A stretch of DNA of 64,000 bases from Gammaproteobacteria bacterium (GCA_015487785.1 WFPC01000025.1:6654-70653), one strand, 5' to 3'; counted from the first letter of the stretch, positions 21,206 to 32,196 are shown. A program made the numbers and translations. Notes: generated from the letters alone by a model not told the origin.

Positions 21206-22198
21206 ATGAATAACGCGGACAAAAAGCGGCTGCTACGTGAGATGCTGTTTGCTCGGCGCTTCGAAGAGCGTTGCTACGAAGCCTATGTGGAACGCAAGAT
21301 CGGTGGTTTCTTGCACTTGTATCCGGGCCAGGAGGCCTGTTGCTTCGGAGTAATGGAGGCAGCCAGGCCGGGTCACGACTACGTGATCACCGGTTATCGC
21401 GACCATGTTCACGCGATCAAGTGTGGCGCCGATCCCAAGGAAGTCATGGCCGAGCTCTATGGCAAGGAAACCGGTTCCAGCAAGGGTCGCGGTGGTTCCA
21501 TGCACATCTTCGACGTCAAGCACCGTTTCATGGGAGGCTATGCCTTGGTGGGCGGGCCCTTTCCGCTGGCGGCCGGCATGGCCAAGGCCATCAAGCTCAA
21601 GGGGGGCGACGAGATCGCCATCTGCTTCCTGGGCGATGCGGCCAACAACCAGGGCACCTTCCACGAGGCGCTCAACATGGCCTCGGTGTGGAAACTGCCG
21701 GTGCTGTATGTGTGCGAGAACAACCTCTATGGCATCGGCACCCGCATCGACCGTTCCACCGCGGTGACCGACCAGTACAAGCGTGTCGCGGCCTACGATA
21801 TTCCCGCCGCCCAGGTGGACGGCCAGGATATCGAGACCGTCTATGAGGCGGCCAAAGTGGCGGTGGAGCATGTGCGTTCCGGCAAGGGCCCGTATTTCCT
21901 CGAGCTGATGACCTATCGTTACCGTGGTCACTCCATGTCCGACTCCAATGCCTACCGTTCCAAGGACGAGGAGAAGGAATGGGCCAATCGCGATCCCATC
22001 TATATCCTGCGTGACCGCCTCATCGAGGCCGGCGAACTCAGCGAGGACGAGTACAAGGCCATGGACAAGACCATCATCGATGAAATCGAGAACGAAGTAA
22101 TCAAATTCGCCGAGGAATCCCCCGAGCCGCCGGTGGAGGAGCTGGAGAAATACGTGCTGGCGGAGAACGACCCCTGGGTACACGGAGGCGTGAAGTAA
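21206..22198 (+). CDS. pdhA: Pyruvate dehydrogenase E1 alpha subunit
   Basis: GFLHLYPGQEA, GRGGSMH, GDAANNQG ThDP motif, YRYRGHSMSD. Confidence 0.93.
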   Translation: MNNADKKRLLREMLFARRFEERCYEAYVERKIGGFLHLYPGQEACCFGVMEAARPGHDYVITGYRDHVHAIKCGADPKEVMAELYGKETGSSKGRGGSMHIFDVKHRFMGGYALVGGPFPLAAGMAKAIKLKGGDEIAICFLGDAANNQGTFHEALNMASVWKLPVLYVCENNLYGIGTRIDRSTAVTDQYKRVAAYDIPAAQVDGQDIETVYEAAKVAVEHVRSGKGPYFLELMTYRYRGHSMSDSNAYRSKDEEKEWANRDPIYILRDRLIEAGELSEDEYKAMDKTIIDEIENEVIKFAEESPEPPVEELEKYVLAENDPWVHGGVK

Positions 22199-23178
22199 TG
22201 GCTGAAATGATGTTTTGGGAAGCGGTGCGCCGCGCTCACGATGAGGAAATGGCCCGTGATCCGCTGGTGATCGCCATGGGTGAGGACATCGGCGTGGCCG
22301 GTGGAACCTACAAGGCCACCCAGGGCTTGTGGGACAAATACGGTCCGGAGCGGGTGATCGACACCCCGATTTCCGAGAACGGGTTCACCGGCCTGGGAAT
22401 AGGGGCCTCGTTCCTGGGGGTGCGACCCATCATCGAGATCATGTCGGTGAATTTCGCCTGGCTGGCCATGGACCAGATCTTCAACACGGCGGCCAAGGTG
22501 CGTTACATGTCCGGCGGCCAGTTGGAGGCGCCGGTGGTGATCCGTTCGCCCGGCGGTTGTGCCCATCAACTGGGGGCCCAGCATTCGGCACGCATGGAGA
22601 AGGTCTTCATGGGCGTGGCCGGGCTGCGTGTGGTGACCCCTTCCAATCCCCGCCAGGCCTATGGCCTGATCAAGTCGGCGGTGCGCTGCAATGACCCGGT
22701 GTTCATCAATGAGCACGAGTTGATGTACAACATGAAGGGTGAGGTGCCCGACGGGGAATACTTCCATCCCCTGGAAGGCTCGGAAGTGGCCCGCGAGGGC
22801 AAGGACGTGACCCTGTTCGGTTATAACGTCTCGGTGCACTGGTGCCTGCAGGCGGCGGAGATCCTCTCCAAACAACATGGCATAGAGGCCGAGGTGGTCG
22901 ATCTCTACAGCCTGTCACCGCTGGATCGCAAGGGTATCGTCGAATCGGTGAGCAAGACCCATCGCGCGGTGATCGCCGAGGAAGCTGAGCCGGCAGTGGG
23001 TGTGGGTGCCGAGGTCATGGCCATCCTCAACGAGGAATGTTTCTTCGAACTGGACGCCGCGCCGGTGCGGGTGTCTGCTGCCAATGTGCCGGTGCCCTAC
23101 AACCATGGCTTGGAGAAGGCGGCCATTCCCAACGCGAAGGACGTGGTGGAGGCCGTGCTGAGCCTGTATGGCCGTTGA
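22198..23178 (+). CDS. pdhB: Pyruvate dehydrogenase E1 beta subunit
   Basis: GEDIG, DTPISE, RPIIEIM, GAQHS; translationally coupled to pdhA. Confidence 0.93.
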   Translation: MAEMMFWEAVRRAHDEEMARDPLVIAMGEDIGVAGGTYKATQGLWDKYGPERVIDTPISENGFTGLGIGASFLGVRPIIEIMSVNFAWLAMDQIFNTAAKVRYMSGGQLEAPVVIRSPGGCAHQLGAQHSARMEKVFMGVAGLRVVTPSNPRQAYGLIKSAVRCNDPVFINEHELMYNMKGEVPDGEYFHPLEGSEVAREGKDVTLFGYNVSVHWCLQAAEILSKQHGIEAEVVDLYSLSPLDRKGIVESVSKTHRAVIAEEAEPAVGVGAEVMAILNEECFFELDAAPVRVSAANVPVPYNHGLEKAAIPNAKDVVEAVLSLYGR

Positions 23179-23232
23179 GCACCGTGCTCGCGGCCGCCGG
23201 GGCGTCGTGAAGGCGCACCCGCCTGTTTCAAC

Positions 23233-23259
23233 CATCGCCCGGCTCAGCGCCGGGCGATG
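23233..23259. other. Perfect 11-bp inverted repeat in the pdhB-pdhC spacer
   Basis: CATCGCCCGGC-TCAGC-GCCGGGCGATG; no U-tract. Confidence 0.7.
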
Positions 23260-23279
23260 CAATATCTATGGGAAGAATT

Positions 23280-26200
23280 ATGGCTGAACCTTATATCATT
23301 AAGATGCCCCAGCTTTCCGACACCATGACCGAAGGCGTGCTGGTGAGCTGGGAAAAGAATATTGGTGATAAGGTCGAGCGTGGCGACATCGTTGCCACGG
23401 TGGAAACCGACAAGGCGGTGATGGACGTGGAGGTGTTCCGCGAGGGTTACCTGTCCGGGCCGCTGGCCGAGATCGACGCCGTGGTGCCGGTGGGCGAACC
23501 CATCGCCTACCTGGTGGCCACGCCGGAAGAGGTTCAGCGCGATGGCGCCGCGCCGGCCGCCGAGCCGGTGGTGGCGGAACAGGAACCACCCGCCGAGGCC
23601 ACATCCAGTGCGCCGGCCGCGGCCAGCTATACCATCAAGATGCCCCAGCTTTCCGACACCATGACCGAGGGTGTGATGGTGAGCTGGGAAAAGAATATCG
23701 GCGACAAGGTCGAGCGTGGCGATACCGTTGCCACGGTGGAGACCGACAAGGCGGTGATGGACGTGGAGGTGTTCCGCGAGGGCTACCTGTCCGGGCCGCT
23801 GGCCGAGATCGATGCAGTGGTGCCGGTGGGCGAGCCCATCGCCTACCTGGTGGACAGCCCCGAACAGGTGGTGGACGAAACCCGGGCCACTGGGGCGGTC
23901 GCTGCCGCCAGGCCTTCCGAGGAAACCCCGCGCCATGCCGCCGCCAGCCATCCGGTGCCTGGCCACAAGCCGCCCACGCCCCACGTGGACACCGGCGACA
24001 ACAAACCCGCGCCTCGGCCCGACAACAAGCATGCCTCGCCCTATGCGCGCAAGCTGGCCGGTGCCCTGCACGTGAACCTGAACAATGTGAAGGGCAGCGG
24101 TGCCGGTGGTGCCATCACCGGTGCCGACGTGCTGGCGGCCCAGCCCATCGAACGGCCCACCGAGGTGGCGCGCGAGGTTCCGGCCCATGCCATGCCGGAG
24201 ATCCAGGTGCCTGGTCATGGCCGCCCCATGACGACCATGGAGCGGGCGGTGAGTCACTCCATGACCGCCTCGCTGACCATGCCCACCTTCCATGTCACCG
24301 TCAATGCCAAGCCCGGGGCTCTGATCAAGGCGGCCAAGAAGGCCGGCGTGTCGGTGACCGTAGCCATTGCCAAGGCTTGTGCCGAGGCCATCAAGCAACA
24401 TCCCACCATCAACTGGTGTTACCAGCCGGTGGACAAGCTGGTGGAGCGAGACAACGTCGACATCGGCATGGCGGTGGCGGCCGATGGCGGTGGTTTGGTG
24501 GTGCCGGTGTTGCGCCATTGTGAGTCCCGCAGCCTGGAGGATCTCAACGAGGCCTGGGGCGATCTGGTGCAGCGGGCGCGCAAGCGCCGCCTGGCACCGG
24601 AGGAATACGCCAATCCCACCTTCATGGTATCCAACATGGGCATGCTGGGGGTCAGTTATTTCGATGCCATTCCCACTCCCGGCACTGCCGCCATCCTGGC
24701 CATCGCCTCTGCCGGTCCCGAGGGCATGCCGCTTACCATCACCGCTGATCATCGGGTGGTCAATGGTGCCGAGGTGGCCCTGTATCTCAACACGCTCAAG
24801 CAAGCCATCGAACAGCCGGAGACCTGGATGGGCCCCATGGGGCCAGCCATCCCCGAGGGTGACTGGGATTACGATGTCGTGGTCATCGGTGGCGGCCCCG
24901 GCGGCGAGGATTGCGCCCGTGAGCTGGCCGAACACGGTCTCAAGGTGGCCATGATCAACGACGCGCCCTTTCCCGGTGGTGAGTGCCTGTGGCGGGGCTG
25001 TATTCCCTCCAAGGCCTGGCGGGCGGCGGCCGACCGTATCCGTGACCGTGCCCACGACGAACACCTCGGGGTGGAAGGTACCACCGGCGCGAGGCTGGCG
25101 TGGGACAAGCTGGAGGCCACCCGCCGCAAGGTGCTGGAGACCCGTGGCCAGATGGCCCTCAAGACCGATACCGGAGTCAAGATCAAGGTCATCCAGGGCT
25201 ATGCCAGTTTCGAGACCGATCACCGGGTCTTCGTGGACACCAGCGGCAACAGCGATGACCCCCATCGTCGCGCCGAGCCGGGCGACAAGTCCCGCGGTGA
25301 GCGCATCACCTTCGGTTGTGCCGTCATCGCCACCGGGGCTCCTCCCTTCGTGCCGCCCATTCCTGGTGCTCGCGAGGGCCTGGCCACGGGGGGGGTGCTC
25401 ACCTCCGATACCGTATGGGGTCTGCCGGGTGTGCCCCGACGCCTGGGCGTGATCGGCGGTGGTGCCATCGGTATGGAAATGGCACAGATCTTCCAGGACT
25501 TCGGTACCAGGGTCACCTTGTTGGAAGGGCAGGACCGAGTGTTGGCCGAGGTGGAGCCGGAGATCGCCAAGAGTCTCACCGCAGTGCTCAACGACGATCC
25601 CAACCTGGACATCGTCACTTCGGTCAAGGTGACCGAGATCAGCGGCGAGCCCGGCGCCATGGTGATGCGCTACGAAGATGCCGATGGCAATACGCAGCAG
25701 GTGGAATGCGATTATGTGCTGATGGCCACCGGCAAGCGTCCGGTACTCGATGGCCTCGGCCTGGAGGCCGCCGGGGTGGCGGTGGAGCAGGGGGTGGTCA
25801 AGGCCGACGAGCGTTGTCGCACCAGTGTGCCGCACATCTTCGCCGTGGGCGATGTCATCGGGGGTCTGATGTTGGCCCATACCGCCGGCCAGCAGGGCCG
25901 GGTGGCGGCAGCCACCATTCTCGGCGAAGACATGCGTTACGACGAGGCCAAGGATTGCGGGGTGATCTTCACCCGCCCGGAAGCGGCCTTCGTGGGTCTC
26001 AGCCTGGAGCAGGCCAAGGCGCGGGGCATCGACGCCGCCGAGGTCAAGGTGCCCATCAGCATCGACGCCAAGGCCATGATCACCAACGAGACCCATGGCA
26101 TGATCAAGATCGTGGCCGACAAGAACAGCCACCGCATCGTCGGCGTGCATTTCCTGGCCGATCATGCCGACACCCTGATCGGTGAGGGCGTGATGATGGT

Positions 26201-26330
26201 TTCCGGCGAAATGACCCTGGAGCAGGTGGCTCAGGCTATCCATCCCCATCCTACGCAGACGGAAATGTTCGGCGAGATGGCGCGGCGGCTGTTGTCACGC
26301 TTGCGCCGTTCCAAGCGCAAGAAAAAATAG
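23280..26330 (+). CDS. pdhC-lpdA: Fused dihydrolipoamide acetyltransferase (E2: two lipoyl domains, E3-binding domain, catalytic domain) and dihydrolipoamide dehydrogenase (E3)
   Basis: Two VETDKA lipoyl motifs, ASPYARKLA binding domain, DHRVVNG catalytic motif, then VVIGGGPGG, GGECLWRGCIPSK, GGGAIG, HPHPTQTE. One uninterrupted frame. Confidence 0.92.
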   Translation: MAEPYIIKMPQLSDTMTEGVLVSWEKNIGDKVERGDIVATVETDKAVMDVEVFREGYLSGPLAEIDAVVPVGEPIAYLVATPEEVQRDGAAPAAEPVVAEQEPPAEATSSAPAAASYTIKMPQLSDTMTEGVMVSWEKNIGDKVERGDTVATVETDKAVMDVEVFREGYLSGPLAEIDAVVPVGEPIAYLVDSPEQVVDETRATGAVAAARPSEETPRHAAASHPVPGHKPPTPHVDTGDNKPAPRPDNKHASPYARKLAGALHVNLNNVKGSGAGGAITGADVLAAQPIERPTEVAREVPAHAMPEIQVPGHGRPMTTMERAVSHSMTASLTMPTFHVTVNAKPGALIKAAKKAGVSVTVAIAKACAEAIKQHPTINWCYQPVDKLVERDNVDIGMAVAADGGGLVVPVLRHCESRSLEDLNEAWGDLVQRARKRRLAPEEYANPTFMVSNMGMLGVSYFDAIPTPGTAAILAIASAGPEGMPLTITADHRVVNGAEVALYLNTLKQAIEQPETWMGPMGPAIPEGDWDYDVVVIGGGPGGEDCARELAEHGLKVAMINDAPFPGGECLWRGCIPSKAWRAAADRIRDRAHDEHLGVEGTTGARLAWDKLEATRRKVLETRGQMALKTDTGVKIKVIQGYASFETDHRVFVDTSGNSDDPHRRAEPGDKSRGERITFGCAVIATGAPPFVPPIPGAREGLATGGVLTSDTVWGLPGVPRRLGVIGGGAIGMEMAQIFQDFGTRVTLLEGQDRVLAEVEPEIAKSLTAVLNDDPNLDIVTSVKVTEISGEPGAMVMRYEDADGNTQQVECDYVLMATGKRPVLDGLGLEAAGVAVEQGVVKADERCRTSVPHIFAVGDVIGGLMLAHTAGQQGRVAAATILGEDMRYDEAKDCGVIFTRPEAAFVGLSLEQAKARGIDAAEVKVPISIDAKAMITNETHGMIKIVADKNSHRIVGVHFLADHADTLIGEGVMMVSGEMTLEQVAQAIHPHPTQTEMFGEMARRLLSRLRRSKRKKK
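23301..23853 (+). repeat. Direct repeat of the lipoyl-domain coding sequence (23301-23517 and 23637-23853)
   Basis: 217-bp copies with 13 mismatches by manual count, 11 of them synonymous. Confidence 0.92.
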
Positions 26331-26354
26331 AACCGTGCGCAAGAGGTTAGTCTC

Positions 26355-27560
<1,206 letters not shown>

Positions 27561-27694
27561 AACCCGTGGCGCGGTTTTGTGACCGCGCTCTCATGGCCGA
27601 GGGGGGATACGTGATCCCTTTCACGCCTTCTTTGCCGTGCACACCCTAGAATGTTCTGGAGATGAGGGACAGGCATGAACGAAAGGAGTGTGTG

Positions 27695-27916
27695 ATGGCT
27701 ACATTCGGATCCAAGACCTCGCTGGACTTCCCCCGGGACCGCAAACCCCTGTTTGCCGCCCGTCCGCGCTGGCCGCGCAAGTCGGCCTGGTTCCTGTTGT
27801 TTCTTTTGGTGCTGCTGCTGGTGGTGAATCTCTACCAGGCCATTGCCGGTGGTAGTGACATGGCCGGCGCGGGTCAGGCGGGCGATGCGGTGGTGCAGGC
27901 GCTGAAACTGCCCTGA
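27695..27916 (+). CDS. Small single-TM hypothetical protein (73 aa)
   Basis: AAGGAG RBS; basic N-terminus followed by the hydrophobic stretch WFLLFLLVLLLVVNLYQAI. Confidence 0.65.
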   Translation: MATFGSKTSLDFPRDRKPLFAARPRWPRKSAWFLLFLLVLLLVVNLYQAIAGGSDMAGAGQAGDAVVQALKLP

Positions 27917-27930
27917 GCCGGGCTGATGAC

Positions 27931-29490
27931 TCATCCCCTTGCCTGCCGGCGCAAGTGTCCGGCCAGGGTCGCCGGATCCAGGGCCTGGCTGGTGTCCACG
28001 GATACGGTGTAGGCGCTTTCCTCCGGCTCCAGCGGCTGTTGCCACTGCTCTTGTTGCTGCAATACCGTCAGCCCGGCCTCGGAGGCATCCTGTCCCGTCT
28101 GCTGGCGCTGGCGTATCCGCTGCTCCAGAAGAGAGTATTCGGCTTGGCAATGAAGGATGATCAGCCTCACGCCCAGGGTTTGGGCCAGGGTATGGAAACG
28201 CTGGCGTTGTGAACGCTGGAGAAAGGTAGCGTCGACGATCACCGGATAGGCATAGCCAATAATCTGCTCAGTGAGTTCGGCCAGGCGCCGGTAGGTTTGT
28301 TCGCTGCTGGCCTGATCGTAGATGAACATGCCGGCCTGCTGGCTGTCGGCCTCGGGAGGCAATCGGTGGAGTCGTTTGCGTTCCACATCGGAACGGATAT
28401 GGATGGCCCCCAAATGGGGTGCCAGGCGTGTCGCCAACCAGCTCTTGCCACTGCCGGAGAGGCCATGGGTGAGTATGATCAGGGGCTGCGCGCCCTGCAG
28501 GCACCGCCCGGCCAGGGCCAGGTAATCGCATACCGTTTGCCGGCTCTGCCACCGTTCTTCCCCGCCTTGTTGGGTCATGCGCAGGGCCGCCACCTTGGCC
28601 CGTACCATGGCGCGGTAGCTCTGATAGAAACGCAGCCCCCCCAGGCCGTGATAGTCGCCGGTGAGTTCCAGGTAGCGATTCAACAGCCGGTTGGCGAAAT
28701 CATGGCGTTGCTGATCGCACAGATCCATCAACAGAAAGGCGAGATCACTGATCACATCGATCCAGCGCAACTCTTCGCTGAATTCTATAGCATCGAACAA
28801 CACCGGCCGCCCATCGATGCGAGCGATATTGCCCAGATGCAGATCACCATGGCATTCACGCACGAAACCTTCCCGTCGGCGTTGCTCGAACCAGGGGTGT
28901 AGGGATTCGTACACGGCCAGGGTATGCTGTTCCAGGGTATCGAGGTGGGCCTGTTGTTCGCCGGCCGGCAAATGACGGCGCAGGGCGGCAAAATTTTCCG
29001 TCACCGGCTGCCATACCGCCGCCGGGCTGCCAAAGGGACTGGCGGGGTCGGCCCGTTCGATGCGCTGGTGAAAATCGGCCAGGGTGGCGGCCAGCTCGAG
29101 GATATCGTCTTCGTCCACCAGTCCCTGGGCCAACAGCCGCTGGAACAGGGCATGGGGGTCGAACTGGCGCATGCGCAGGGCATAGTCCAGTACGCGTCCG
29201 CGGCAGCCCAGGTGCAGGCCTCCCCTGGGGTCCTCGGTAAGGGGGAGCACGCCCAGATAGAGCCCGGCGGCGGTGCGCCGGTTGAGGCGCAACTCCTCCA
29301 GACAGAAGTGTTTGCGCCTGGTCAGAGTGGAGAAATCCAGAAAGCCGAAGTTCACCGGCTTTTTCACCTTGTAGGCATAGGGGCCGGTGAGAAACACCCA
29401 GGAGATATGTGTTTCGATCAGCCTTATCTTCTCTACCGGGTGGGGATAGAAACTGGCGCGGCATAAACTGTCGATGATGATCTTGGACAT
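27931..29490 (-). CDS. Bifunctional APH-like kinase / AAA_33 P-loop protein (Rv2004c-like)
   Basis: IETHISWVFL, RECHGDLHLGNI, FDAIEF, C-terminal GLSGSGKS, IVDATFL. Confidence 0.88.
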   Translation of the reverse strand: MSKIIIDSLCRASFYPHPVEKIRLIETHISWVFLTGPYAYKVKKPVNFGFLDFSTLTRRKHFCLEELRLNRRTAAGLYLGVLPLTEDPRGGLHLGCRGRVLDYALRMRQFDPHALFQRLLAQGLVDEDDILELAATLADFHQRIERADPASPFGSPAAVWQPVTENFAALRRHLPAGEQQAHLDTLEQHTLAVYESLHPWFEQRRREGFVRECHGDLHLGNIARIDGRPVLFDAIEFSEELRWIDVISDLAFLLMDLCDQQRHDFANRLLNRYLELTGDYHGLGGLRFYQSYRAMVRAKVAALRMTQQGGEERWQSRQTVCDYLALAGRCLQGAQPLIILTHGLSGSGKSWLATRLAPHLGAIHIRSDVERKRLHRLPPEADSQQAGMFIYDQASSEQTYRRLAELTEQIIGYAYPVIVDATFLQRSQRQRFHTLAQTLGVRLIILHCQAEYSLLEQRIRQRQQTGQDASEAGLTVLQQQEQWQQPLEPEESAYTVSVDTSQALDPATLAGHLRRQARG

Positions 29491-29549
29491 GATTGCCCAC
29501 CTGCATGGCGGAACCCGGTCACAGTATATCAGCTTGCATGCGATGAAGG

Positions 29550-29565
29550 TGGTATGAAGCTTGCT
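29550..29565 (+). promoter_or_regulatory. Sigma54 -24/-12 promoter for flgGHI
   Basis: TGGTATGAAGCTTGCT (GG-N10-GC), ending 37 bp before the flgG ATG. Confidence 0.8.
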
Positions 29566-29602
29566 GATTTCCCGGCATGGATAAACAAGCAACGAGGTTG
29601 TC

Positions 29603-30388
29603 ATGAACCGAGCACTGTGGGTTGCCAAGACCGGACTGGAGACCCAGTCCCTGCGCATGGCCATCGTATCCAACAACCTGGCCAACGTGAGCACCAATGG
29701 CTACAAAAAATCCCGTGGCCTGTTCCAGGACCTGCTCTATCAAAACGTGCGCCAGCCGGGCGCCAAGACCAGCGAGAACACCACCTTGCCTTCGGGCCTG
29801 ATGCTGGGCAGCGGGGTGCGCACCACTGCGACCCAGAAGATTTTCACCCAGGGCAACTTCATCCAGACCGAGAACACCTACGACATGGGTATCCAGGGGC
29901 GGGGATTCTTTCAGATCCTGATGCCCGATGGAACCATCAACTATACCCGTGACGGGGCCTTCCAGGTGGATGCCAATGGCCTGTTGGTGACCTCCAGCGG
30001 TTATCAGTTGCAGCCCAGCGTCCAGATTCCCTTCAATGCCCAGTCGTTCACCGTGGGTGCCGACGGCGTGGTGACGGTACAGGAAGCGGGATCACCCGAT
30101 GCTGTCCAGGTGGGGCAGATCCAGTTGGCGGATTTCATCAATCCGGCGGGCCTGGAATCCCTGGGCGACAATCTCTATGCCGAAACCACCGCCAGTGGTC
30201 CGCCGCAGATCGGCAACCCCGGGGTGGACAGCCTGGGAACCCTGATCCAGGGCTCGGTGGAGAGTTCCAACGTCAATGTGGTGGAGGAGCTGGTCAACAT
30301 GATCGAGACCCAGCGGGCTTACGAAATGAACTCCAAGGCCATCTCGGCGGTAGACGGCATGTTGCGCAATCTCAACCAGAACCTCTAG
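29603..30388 (+). CDS. flgG: Flagellar distal rod protein FlgG
   Basis: SNNLANVST, FQDLLYQ, YTRDGAF, ESSNVNVVEELVNMIETQRAYEMNSK. Confidence 0.97.
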   Translation: MNRALWVAKTGLETQSLRMAIVSNNLANVSTNGYKKSRGLFQDLLYQNVRQPGAKTSENTTLPSGLMLGSGVRTTATQKIFTQGNFIQTENTYDMGIQGRGFFQILMPDGTINYTRDGAFQVDANGLLVTSSGYQLQPSVQIPFNAQSFTVGADGVVTVQEAGSPDAVQVGQIQLADFINPAGLESLGDNLYAETTASGPPQIGNPGVDSLGTLIQGSVESSNVNVVEELVNMIETQRAYEMNSKAISAVDGMLRNLNQNL

Positions 30389-30396
30389 GGACTGAC

Positions 30397-31068
30397 ATGA
30401 AACGCTTATTTCTGCCGCTCGTCTTGTTGGGGCTTTCCGCCTGCAGCATGAATCCGCCGGCCAAGCCCGATCCGGAATTCGTCGCCATCCGACCCATCGT
30501 GTCCATGCCGCCACCGGCGGAGGACGGTTCCTTGTATCAGGCCGGGTATGGAATGAGCCTTTTCAGTGACCGCAAGGCCATGCAAGTGGGTGACCTGATC
30601 ACCGTGATCCTGCAGGAACGTACCCAGGCCAGCAAGAGCAACAGCGCCCAGAGCAGCAAGCAGAGCACCGCCGAGCTGCCTGGTCCGACCCTGATGGGAC
30701 GGCCCATCACCGTCAACGGTGTGGAGGTGTTCTCTGCCTCGCTGGGTTCGCAGAGCGACTTCAACGGCAGTGGCAAGGCTCAGCAGAGCAACAGCCTCAC
30801 CGGGCAGATCACGGTCACGGTGTCGGAGGTGTTGCCCAATGGCAATCTCATTGTACAGGGTGAGAAGCGCCTGTCGCTGACCGAGGGTAGCGAGCACATT
30901 CGTTTTGCCGGCATCGTACGCCCGGAAGATGTGCGCAGTGACAACACGGTATTGTCCAGCAATGTGGCCAATGCCCAGATCATTTACGGCGGCACCGGCT
31001 CGCTGGCCAATGCCAGTTCGCCGGGCTGGTTGACCCGCATATTCAACAGCCCCTGGTGGCCGTTCTAG
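30397..31068 (+). CDS. flgH: Flagellar L-ring lipoprotein FlgH
   Basis: Lipobox LSAC, LFSDRKA, VLPNGNL, GWLTRIF. Confidence 0.96.
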   Translation: MKRLFLPLVLLGLSACSMNPPAKPDPEFVAIRPIVSMPPPAEDGSLYQAGYGMSLFSDRKAMQVGDLITVILQERTQASKSNSAQSSKQSTAELPGPTLMGRPITVNGVEVFSASLGSQSDFNGSGKAQQSNSLTGQITVTVSEVLPNGNLIVQGEKRLSLTEGSEHIRFAGIVRPEDVRSDNTVLSSNVANAQIIYGGTGSLANASSPGWLTRIFNSPWWPF

Positions 31069-31076
31069 GTGAACTC

Positions 31077-32180
31077 ATGAAAATACGTTTGCTGACCCTG
31101 TTGATAATCGTGATCCTGCCGGCGACGGCCCTGGCCGAGCGGGTGAAGGACCTGGCCTCGGTGGCCGGCGTACGCGCCAACCAACTAGTGGGCTATGGCC
31201 TGGTGGTGGGCCTGGACGGTACCGGCGACCAGACCCAGCAAACGCCTTTCACGGTGCAAAGTCTCAACAACATGTTGAGCCAGTTTGGAATCATCCTGCC
31301 GCCGGACCAGGTGCGCCGGGCCCAGTTGAAGAATGTGGCGGCGGTATCGGTGCATGCGGAACTGCCGCCATTTGCCAAGCCAGGGCAGCAAATCGATGTC
31401 ACGGTGTCTTCCATCGGTACCGCCAAGAGCTTGCGGGGTGGCAGCCTTTTGCTGACAGCGCTCAAGGGGGCCGATGGCAAGATCTACGCCCTGGCCCAGG
31501 GCAACCTGATCGCCAGCGGTTTCGGTGCCGCCCAGGACGGTTCGCGGGTGACGGTGAACGTACCCAGCACCGGGCGCATTCCCAATGGGGCCACGGTGGA
31601 GCGGGCGATTCCCAATTCCTTTGCCAGTGGTTCCACCATCGACCTCAATCTGCACAACGCCGATTTCACCACTTCCCTGCGCCTGGTGGAAGCCATCAAC
31701 AAGACCCTGGGCGAGGGTACTGCCCGTTCGGTGGATGCCTCTACGGTGCAGGTGATGGCGCCACGAGATCCCAGTCAGCGCGTGGCCTTCGTTTCCGTGC
31801 TGGAGAATATCGAGGTGGAGCCGGGCGATGCGCCGGCCCGCGTGATCATCAACTCACGCACTGGCACGGTGGTGATCGGCAGTCACGTGCGGGTGTCGCC
31901 GGCGGCGGTTTCCCATGGTAATCTCACCGTGCGTATTACCGCCCGCCCGGAAGTGAGCCAGCCCTCGCCCCTGTCCCAGGGACAGACCGTGGTGGTGCCG
32001 CGTACCGAGATCTCGGTGGAAGAGAAGGATTCGCGCATGTTCCTCTTTGCTCCCGGTGTGTCGTTGGACGAAATCGTCAATGCGGTAAACCAGGTGGGCG
32101 CGGCCCCCGGTGACCTGGTGGCCATTCTCGAGGCCCTGAAAGAGGCTGGTTCGCTGCGGGCGGAACTGATTGTGATCTGA
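31077..32180 (+). CDS. flgI: Flagellar P-ring protein FlgI
   Basis: [44 protein letters not shown]. Confidence 0.98.
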   Translation: MKIRLLTLLIIVILPATALAERVKDLASVAGVRANQLVGYGLVVGLDGTGDQTQQTPFTVQSLNNMLSQFGIILPPDQVRRAQLKNVAAVSVHAELPPFAKPGQQIDVTVSSIGTAKSLRGGSLLLTALKGADGKIYALAQGNLIASGFGAAQDGSRVTVNVPSTGRIPNGATVERAIPNSFASGSTIDLNLHNADFTTSLRLVEAINKTLGEGTARSVDASTVQVMAPRDPSQRVAFVSVLENIEVEPGDAPARVIINSRTGTVVIGSHVRVSPAAVSHGNLTVRITARPEVSQPSPLSQGQTVVVPRTEISVEEKDSRMFLFAPGVSLDEIVNAVNQVGAAPGDLVAILEALKEAGSLRAELIVI

Positions 32181-32196
32181 CTGCCGCCTTTTGCCA

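Noticed and set aside
23244-26249. 1001-aa minus-strand ORF, and the many other long overlapping or antisense ORFs in the track (e.g. 2973-3905, 10212-11309, 15225-16271, 18852-19994, 36634-37695)
   Set aside because: They lie fully antisense to or overlapping genes with clear family motifs, have no motifs or RBS of their own, and are expected shadow frames in high-GC DNA.
27931-29490. APH-like kinase as a resistance determinant or part of the flagellar locus
   Set aside because: It matches the widespread Rv2004c-like kinase-AAA architecture; nothing links it to antibiotics or flagella except position.
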